This document shows, piece after piece, positions 47,042-53,368 of a DNA stretch of 53,368 bases. The DNA lies in assembly GCF_051866355.1 (NCBI RefSeq), contig NZ_JBJDWZ010000133.1:1-53368 (forward strand). The letters run 5' to 3'. Under the pieces are notes generated by a model that ran no database searches, was not told the DNA's origin, and was given only the letters and a program-made list of their open reading frames with translations. This DNA comes from Anaerovibrio sp. Its GTDB lineage: Bacteria > Bacillota > Negativicutes > Selenomonadales > Selenomonadaceae. A program made the position numbers and the translations under genes. Numbering within the stretch: the first letter of the stretch is position 1; each line of letters starts with the position of its first letter.

Positions 47042-48214
47042 TTGTTATCTAAAAAAGGAAAGCTGGCAGTAGCAGCAGTGATTGCTGTTATCGCTATAGT
47101 TGCCGGTGTGATGTTCGTGAGCAGTGACGGACAGAAGGCTCAGCGGACGTCCGGCGGCGTACAGGTAAAGGCTATGAATGTGCTGGTGCAGGATACGCCT
47201 CTGACCCTGGAGTATGCAGGCTCCGTCAAGGGTAAGGACGAGGTAAAGGTTCAGGCACGGGTATCCGGCAATGTTACGGCAAAGTACATCAAGGGCGGTC
47301 AGTATGTGTCTGCCGGTCAGGCACTGTACAAGATTGATGACCGCAATTATCAGGCTGCCCTGCTGCAGGCGCAGGCCAATCTGGCACAGGCGCAGGCAAC
47401 CTACAACAATGCCCTGATTGATTTGCAGCGCAATGAGCAGCTTCTGGCAGCAGCGGCTGTTTCCGAGCAGGTAGTTACTACCCAGCGCGCCCAGGTGGCG
47501 GCCTATCAGGCCAATGTAAACGCCATGGCGGCTCTCGTTCAGCAGGCACAGCAGAATCTGGATGATACTGTGGTGTACGCGCCTATGAGCGGCAAGCTGG
47601 CTGTTGATGATGTTGCTATCGGCACCTATGCTGCCGCAGGCAATACTACGCTGGTGACCATCGGTTCCAGCAATCCGATTTTTGTTCAGTTCAGTATCAG
47701 CGAGGGTGAGTATCTGAAGTACGTGGGGGCTTCCGTGGTTCCTGGCCAGGCTCTGCCTAGCAAGACCGTGCAGATTTCCCTGAGTGATGGTTCCGTTTAT
47801 CCTGTGGAGGGCAGTATCGTAGAGGTTGACCGCGCTATGCAGGATAATTCCGGTTCCCTGATTATCAAGGCGCAGTTTGAAAATCCTGACGGTATTCTGG
47901 TTCCGGGCATGTTCGCCCGCGCCAAGCTGACAGGTGATACGCTGAAGGGGGCCAAGCTGGTGCCTGAGCGTGCCGTTCAGCAGCTTCTGGGCAAGTCCTT
48001 CGTGATGATTGTAGGCGAGGATGGCAAATCCAAGGCACAGAATATTGAGCTGGGCACCAAGGTTGGCAGCTATTGCATTGTTGAAAAAGGCCTGACCGGC
48101 AACGAGCAGGTGATTGTAGAAGGTCTGACTTCCCTGACCGAGGGCATGGAGCTGGCTATCACCGAGGTAAAGCCGGAGGATATGGGCTTCTCCCTCACTA
48201 CGAGCAATTTATAA
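47042..48214 (+). CDS. RND efflux periplasmic adaptor (MFP, AcrA-like)
   Basis: N-terminal TM; V.ARVSG, G..LYKID, coiled-coil hairpin, APMSG, NPDGILVPGMF. Confidence 0.95.
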   Translation: MLSKKGKLAVAAVIAVIAIVAGVMFVSSDGQKAQRTSGGVQVKAMNVLVQDTPLTLEYAGSVKGKDEVKVQARVSGNVTAKYIKGGQYVSAGQALYKIDDRNYQAALLQAQANLAQAQATYNNALIDLQRNEQLLAAAAVSEQVVTTQRAQVAAYQANVNAMAALVQQAQQNLDDTVVYAPMSGKLAVDDVAIGTYAAAGNTTLVTIGSSNPIFVQFSISEGEYLKYVGASVVPGQALPSKTVQISLSDGSVYPVEGSIVEVDRAMQDNSGSLIIKAQFENPDGILVPGMFARAKLTGDTLKGAKLVPERAVQQLLGKSFVMIVGEDGKSKAQNIELGTKVGSYCIVEKGLTGNEQVIVEGLTSLTEGMELAITEVKPEDMGFSLTTSNL

Positions 48215-48226
48215 GGGGGCGTCCAC

Positions 48227-51200
48227 TTGGCTAAGTTTTTTATACATAGACCGATATTTGCAATCGTGATTTCCCTTCTGATTGTCATTATCGGCGTGCT
48301 GGCAGCTTTTCAGCTGCCGATTGCACAGTATCCGCAGATTTCGCCGCCGACGATTTCCGTCAGCACCACCTATGTAGGTGCCAATGCGAAAACTGTAAAT
48401 GATACGGTGGCGCAGGTTATAGAGCAGCAGGTAAACGGTACCCAGGGCATGGACTACATGTCCTCCACCGCCTCTGACAGCGGCAGGTACAGCCTGAGCG
48501 TAGTGTTCAATCTGGGCACTGATGGCGATATGGATGCGGTAAAGGTACAGAACAATGTAGCTATTGCCAATGCCAGCCTGCCTGATTCCGTAAAGAGCAT
48601 GGGTGTAACCACCAGCAAGTCATCCAACGATATGGCTTTGATGATGGCGATGTATTCCCCGAATAAGACCTATGACCGTCCGTGGATGAAGAACTATGCG
48701 GATATTTATCTGCTGGACCAGATTAAGCGCGTAGACGGCGTAGGTGACGTAATGGTATTTGGTGCTGACCATGCCATGCGTATCTGGGTAAATCCTGCCA
48801 AGATGGCAGAAATGAATATTACGGCTGCTGACATCATGGCAGCTATCAATGAGCAGAATGTGCAGGCACCGGCAGGTACGGTAGGTGCCGCGCCTGTGGC
48901 CGACAATCAGGAAAAGCAGGCAACCGGCAAGATTGAGGGACGTCTGACCAGTGCCGAGGAATTTGGCAACATCATCCTGAAGGCGACTACTGACGGCCAG
49001 TATGTGCGCATCAAGGATATAGCCCGCGTAGAGACAGGTGCTGAGGATTATAACTTCGTGCCTAACTACAACAGCATGGATGCAGTGGGCTTTGGTATCC
49101 AGCTCACCAGTGATGCCAACGCCATGACTACTGTGGCAGAGGTAAAGAAAATTCTGGAGAATGCCAAGAAGGACTTCCCGCCGGATTTGGAAATCAAGGA
49201 GATTGTGGACAGTACCAAGTTTATCGGTGCTTCCATCAATGAGGTTGTGCATACCTTCATTGAGGCGCTGGCGCTGGTTGTGCTGGTTGTATTTGTCTTC
49301 CTGCAGAATTGGCGGGCAACTCTCATTCCTCTGCTGGCAGTGCCGGTATCCCTGATTGGTACGTTTATTGCCTTTACGTTCCTGGGCTTCTCCATCAATA
49401 CACTGACCCTGTTTGCCATGGTACTGGCAATCGGTCTGGTAGTAGATGATGCGATAGTCGTTATCGAGAATGTTGAGGCCCACATGGAGAAGGGGCTTAA
49501 TCCTGTGGACGCCACCGAGCGCGCCATGGACGAGGTGCAGGGGCCTGTTGTGGCTATTGCCTTCGTGCTGGCGGCGGTATTTGTGCCGGTGGCCTTCCTG
49601 GGCGGCATGATGGGCGTTCTGTATCGTCAGTTTGCCCTGACAATCGCTATTTCTATGGCATTGTCGGCTTTCGTGGCGCTGACCCTGACGCCTGCCCTCT
49701 GCGCCACTATCCTGAAGCCTCATGAGAAAAATGAGAGCGATGGGGTACTTGGCCGTTTCTTTGCTAAGTTCAACGAGGCATTTAACAGGATGCGTCTTGG
49801 CTATCAGGGTGTGGTTGGCTGGTTTATCGGCCACATCAAGGTTGCCCTGGTATTTATTGTGATTGTCTGCGGCCTGACGGGGCTTTTGTACAAGATTGTG
49901 CCGTCCACCTTCGTGCCGAATGAGGATCAGGGCTATTATGCGGTGGCAGTAAATCTGCCGGAGGGTGCTTCCCTGAACCAGACGGAGAAGGTTATCAACA
50001 AGCTGATACCTGCCATGCTGCAGGTGGATGGCATTGATGGCGTTATGGGTATTCCTGGCTTTGACATCATGGCATTCAGCGGCAAGTCCAGTGCAGGTGC
50101 CATGTTCGTAGGGCTGAAGCCTTGGGCTGATAGAACGACTGCGGAAACCCAGATTGACGCCATCGTTATGAAGACCTTCGGCGTAGGTGCTGTGGTTGCA
50201 CCGGAGGCGCGGGTTATTGCCTTCAACATGCCGGCTTTGCCAGGCCTTGGTACTGTCGGCGGCTGGCAGATGGAGCTGCAGGATTTGTCCGGCCATACTG
50301 ACGAGGAGCTGGACCAGATTACCAAGAAGATTCTGGCCGCGGCTAACCAGCGTCCTGAGCTGCAGGGCGTGCGCTCCACCTATTCCATCAATTCCCCGGT
50401 TTATGAGTATGACATTGACAGGGAAAAGGTCAAGGCTATGGGCGTCAGCATTTCTGATGTGTTCACTGCCATGCAGGTATTCTACGGCGGTAATCAGGTC
50501 AATGACTTCAACGAGTTCGGCCGTACCTACAAGGTAGTTGTGCAGGCGGATGGAACCTTCCGTAGCAATGTGGAAAATATGCGCTTTATGTATGTGCGCA
50601 GTAATACAGGTGCCAATGTGCCGCTGGATTCCTTGCTGAAGCCGCGTGAGACTACAGGTGTCAGCAACGTCAGCCGCTTTAATGCAGCCCGTTCCATCAG
50701 TATTCAGGGTAATGCCGGAAGCGGCTATTCCTCCGGTGAGGCGATGGCTGCCATTGAGGAAATCGTCAGGGAGACAGCTCCGGACGGCTTCGGTATTGAG
50801 TGGTCCGGTCAGGCCCGCGAGGAGCAGAAGACCAGCAGCTCTACCGGTCAGGTGCTGGCGCTGGCATTTGTGTTTGTATTCCTGTGCCTTGCAGCTCTCT
50901 ATGAGAGCTGGAGCGTGCCGTTTGCGGTTCTCTTGTCCGTGCCTGTAGGTATCTTTGGTGCATTGTTCTCCGAGTATTTCCTGTCAATCGTACAGGCTCT
51001 GGACGGTACGCCGAATGCCGGATTGCAGAACAGCGTATACATGCAGATTGGCGTTATCATGATCATCGGTCTGGCGGCCAAGAACGCCATACTGATTGTG
51101 GAGTTTGCCAAGATACGTGTAGATGCCGGCATGAACCCTCTGAAAGCGGCAATTGAGGCGGCAGGCTTGCGTCTGCGTCCTATTCTCATGACCTCCTTCG

Positions 51201-51415
51201 CCTTTATCATCGGCTGTCTGCCGCTGGCTATGGCAACAGGTGCCGGTGCGGCGGCCCGTAACGGTATGGGCGTGGCAGTAGTAGGCGGTATGCTCTTTGC
51301 AACCGGTATTGCCATCTTCATTATTCCTGCTTTCTATGTCATGACGGAGTATATTTCCAAGACTTTGGGCATCAGAAAGACAGAAAAGAAGAAGACCTCT
51401 ACTGATTACATGTAA
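48227..51415 (+). CDS. RND efflux permease (HAE1, AcrB-like)
   Basis: FFIHRPIFA, LPIAQYPQI.PP, GLVVDDAIVVIEN, GLAAKNAILIVEFA, RLRPILMTS (proton-relay residues intact). Confidence 0.97.
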   Translation: MAKFFIHRPIFAIVISLLIVIIGVLAAFQLPIAQYPQISPPTISVSTTYVGANAKTVNDTVAQVIEQQVNGTQGMDYMSSTASDSGRYSLSVVFNLGTDGDMDAVKVQNNVAIANASLPDSVKSMGVTTSKSSNDMALMMAMYSPNKTYDRPWMKNYADIYLLDQIKRVDGVGDVMVFGADHAMRIWVNPAKMAEMNITAADIMAAINEQNVQAPAGTVGAAPVADNQEKQATGKIEGRLTSAEEFGNIILKATTDGQYVRIKDIARVETGAEDYNFVPNYNSMDAVGFGIQLTSDANAMTTVAEVKKILENAKKDFPPDLEIKEIVDSTKFIGASINEVVHTFIEALALVVLVVFVFLQNWRATLIPLLAVPVSLIGTFIAFTFLGFSINTLTLFAMVLAIGLVVDDAIVVIENVEAHMEKGLNPVDATERAMDEVQGPVVAIAFVLAAVFVPVAFLGGMMGVLYRQFALTIAISMALSAFVALTLTPALCATILKPHEKNESDGVLGRFFAKFNEAFNRMRLGYQGVVGWFIGHIKVALVFIVIVCGLTGLLYKIVPSTFVPNEDQGYYAVAVNLPEGASLNQTEKVINKLIPAMLQVDGIDGVMGIPGFDIMAFSGKSSAGAMFVGLKPWADRTTAETQIDAIVMKTFGVGAVVAPEARVIAFNMPALPGLGTVGGWQMELQDLSGHTDEELDQITKKILAAANQRPELQGVRSTYSINSPVYEYDIDREKVKAMGVSISDVFTAMQVFYGGNQVNDFNEFGRTYKVVVQADGTFRSNVENMRFMYVRSNTGANVPLDSLLKPRETTGVSNVSRFNAARSISIQGNAGSGYSSGEAMAAIEEIVRETAPDGFGIEWSGQAREEQKTSSSTGQVLALAFVFVFLCLAALYESWSVPFAVLLSVPVGIFGALFSEYFLSIVQALDGTPNAGLQNSVYMQIGVIMIIGLAAKNAILIVEFAKIRVDAGMNPLKAAIEAAGLRLRPILMTSFAFIIGCLPLAMATGAGAAARNGMGVAVVGGMLFATGIAIFIIPAFYVMTEYISKTLGIRKTEKKKTSTDYM

Positions 51416-51445
51416 TTTCAAAGTTAATAGCGTGAATCTTATTTT

Positions 51446-51477
51446 GACAGGGCGGCGCATGGCTGTCCTGTCTTTTT
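51446..51477 (+). terminator. Terminator after the RND operon
   Basis: GACAGGGCGGC-GCATG-GCTGTCCTGTC followed by TTTTT. Confidence 0.85.
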
Positions 51478-51558
51478 CTGTCTGTGCATTAATATTAATT
51501 CTATATTTAGATATATAATTAATACAGAACAAAAAGTGAAAAATATTCGATTTTTCTA

Positions 51559-51587
51559 TTGCGTAAAAAACCCTTGTTTGTTATAAT
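51559..51587 (+). promoter_or_regulatory. recA promoter
   Basis: TTGCGT-17-TATAAT with TG. Confidence 0.75.
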
Positions 51588-51625
51588 AGAAAAAGAAATT
51601 TACTGTCGATAAGGAGATTTGAGAT

Positions 51626-52672
51626 ATGGATCAGGAAAAAGAAGAATCTTTAAAAAATGCCATGAAACAGATTGAAAAGGACTACGGCAAGGGGGCGATT
51701 ATGCGTCTTGGCGATGCGGCGGCCAACATGAATGTGGAGGTTATTTCTACAGGCATTCTGCCGCTGGATATTGCGCTTGGCGTAGGCGGCATACCGAGAG
51801 GGCGCATCATTGAGATATACGGTCCTGAGTCCTCCGGTAAGACCACTGTTACCCTGCACATGATTGCCGAGGCACAGCGGCAGGGGGGCGTGGCGGCATT
51901 TATAGATGCGGAGCATGCGCTGGATCCTGTCTATGCCAAGAATCTGGGCGTGGATATCGACAATCTGCTGATTTCACAGCCGGATACCGGTGAGCAGGCG
52001 CTGGAGATTGTAGAAGCGCTGGTACGGAGCGGTGCTATTGATATTATTGTGGTGGACTCTGTGGCGGCTCTGGTGCCGCGTGCGGAGATTGAGGGGGATA
52101 TGGGTGATGCCCATGTTGGCCTTTTGGCGCGGCTCATGAGCCAGGCCATGCGCAAGCTGACGGGTATTATCAGCAAGTCCCAGACCACGGCCATTTTCAT
52201 CAACCAGATTCGTGAGAAGGTGGGAACCATGTACGGAAATCCGGAAACTACCACCGGCGGCCGTGCCTTGAAGTTCTATTCTTCTGTGCGCCTTGATGTA
52301 AGAAAGTTTGATGTTGTGAAGCAGGGGACGACCATCCTCGGCAACCGCACAAAGGTCAAGGTGGTAAAGAACAAGGTAGCTCCTCCTTTCAAGGTGGCTG
52401 AATTTGATATCATGTATGGCGAGGGTGTATCCAAGGAAAGCAGTGTGATAGACATTGCGGCGGATCTGGATATTCTGAACAAGAGCGGCTCCTGGTATTC
52501 CTACAATGGCAACCGCTTAGGACAGGGCAAGGACACGGTCAAGGAGATTCTCCGCAGTCAGCCTGAGCTGATGGAGGAGATTGAAACGAAGCTGTATGAA
52601 ATGCTGAAAAGCACTGATGTTATCCAGCGCCTGACTTCTCCTGCCAAGAAGGGCAAGGTTGCTGATGAGTAG
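51626..52672 (+). CDS. recA: Recombinase A
   Basis: [40 protein letters not shown]. Confidence 0.99.
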   Translation: MDQEKEESLKNAMKQIEKDYGKGAIMRLGDAAANMNVEVISTGILPLDIALGVGGIPRGRIIEIYGPESSGKTTVTLHMIAEAQRQGGVAAFIDAEHALDPVYAKNLGVDIDNLLISQPDTGEQALEIVEALVRSGAIDIIVVDSVAALVPRAEIEGDMGDAHVGLLARLMSQAMRKLTGIISKSQTTAIFINQIREKVGTMYGNPETTTGGRALKFYSSVRLDVRKFDVVKQGTTILGNRTKVKVVKNKVAPPFKVAEFDIMYGEGVSKESSVIDIAADLDILNKSGSWYSYNGNRLGQGKDTVKEILRSQPELMEEIETKLYEMLKSTDVIQRLTSPAKKGKVADE

Positions 52673-53147
52673 GCCCTCAAAGCCTTCTGCCGGGGCACAG
52701 CCTTCCTGCCGGGCAAAGGCGGTGGAGCTTCTGGCCCGCAGTGACCAGAGCATCCGCAGGCTGTCAGAAAAGCTCTTCCGGAAGGGCTACAGTGAGGAAG
52801 AAGTGACCGAAACCGTTGACTGGCTGCAATCCAAAAGGTTTATTCAGGAGGAGGACGGCTGTCGCAGGCGCTTTGATTTTCTATACAATGACAGCAGTTA
52901 CAGCGTAAGGCAGATTGTGGCAAAGCTGCAGCAGCAGGGATATGACCGCGATATGATAAGGGGATGTATTCCTGATGATACGGGTGAGCGTGAGTATGCG
53001 TCTGCCATCAAGGTCTTGCGGCGCAGGTTCAAGGTGGGCGCGGAGCCCGGGAAGATGTTCCAGCACCTTTGCATGAAGGGCTTTGCCTACGATACGGCGC
53101 AAAATGCCGTAGAGGATTTGCGGCTGGAATGGGATGAGGATGTATGA
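52665..53147 (+). CDS. recX: Regulatory protein RecX
   Basis: Overlaps the recA stop; KAVELLAR...LSEKL.RKGY, KLQQQG, L.MKGF three-helix repeats. Confidence 0.85.
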   Translation: MSRPSKPSAGAQPSCRAKAVELLARSDQSIRRLSEKLFRKGYSEEEVTETVDWLQSKRFIQEEDGCRRRFDFLYNDSSYSVRQIVAKLQQQGYDRDMIRGCIPDDTGEREYASAIKVLRRRFKVGAEPGKMFQHLCMKGFAYDTAQNAVEDLRLEWDEDV

Positions 53148-53250
53148 TATAATGGGTTGGTATTTCAGGCTTTGCTTGTGCTTGCTTTGGGTGAGCAGGA
53201 AAGCACTGCGTGACATGATTTGTGCAAGTATATAGCCTGTTGGTAATTTT

Positions 53251-53324
53251 CTGTGAGTGGTTTGTGCAAGCAGGCAACCTGTGAGTGCTTTGTGCAAATA
53301 GATAACCCATGAGTGATTTGTGTG
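53251..53324 (+). repeat. 28-bp tandem repeat (about 2.6 copies, plus a degenerate upstream copy)
   Basis: CTGTGAGTGGTTTGTGCAAGCAGGCAAC / CTGTGAGTGCTTTGTGCAAATAGATAAC / CCATGAGTGATTTGTGTG; extra TGATTTGTGCAAG at 53216-53228. Confidence 0.85.
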
Positions 53325-53345
53325 GATTGAGGAGGAGCATAAATA

Positions 53346-53368
53346 GTGACAAATGAAATGATTATTGT
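53346..53368 (+). CDS. Start of a truncated CDS, probably ribonuclease Y (identity from synteny only)
   Basis: GAGGAGG RBS, then GTG ACA AAT GAA ATG ATT ATT GT (hydrophobic start); recA-recX-rny is a common Firmicute gene order. Confidence 0.4.

Noticed and set aside
53210-53330. CRISPR array
   Set aside because: The period is only 28 bp, the repeats are degenerate, the variable parts are about 10 nt, and there are no cas genes.

Overview
A 53 kb, almost entirely + strand, core-chromosome segment of an anaerobic Firmicute. It is most likely a diderm Negativicute (Selenomonas/Anaerovibrio-like), inferred from Firmicute gene order plus an AcrAB-type RND pump. In order: rbgA-rnhB-FliK-like(ylqG)-FlhB-C-terminal-like(ylqH)-yraN-ubiX; ydbC/PC4; aroE (the only minus-strand gene); thrR-hom-thrB; cca; gamma-carbonic anhydrase; ndk-pduO; recJ-rel-MBL hydrolase; fur-hemZ-hisS-aspS; a membrane GGDEF protein; ssb; rpsB-tsf-pyrH-frr-PASTA-ferredoxin-uppS-cdsA-dxr-rseP-ispG-proS; yceD-rpmF; fapR-plsX-fabH-fabK-fabD-fabG-acpP-(FabX-like)-fabF-rnc; an RNase Z-like gene; an RND pump pair; recA-recX and the start of a probable rny. 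I saw no rRNA, tRNA, CRISPR, IS or prophage. The most interesting signals: (1) a second, Cys-motif-bearing nitronate-monooxygenase-family gene in the fab operon, a candidate FabX/UfaA-like unsaturated fatty acid enzyme in an anaerobe; (2) a stand-alone FliK-like/FlhB-CC pair with a long G/A/N low-complexity insert, co-located with an orphan ubiX; (3) a 56-aa ferredoxin missed by the ORF track, overlapping a lone cytoplasmic PASTA-like gene; (4) two 11-bp-period operator-like arrays at the window start; (5) a 28-bp tandem repeat in the probable rny leader; (6) two near-consensus sigma-H promoters. All calls come from reading motifs; no database searches were run.
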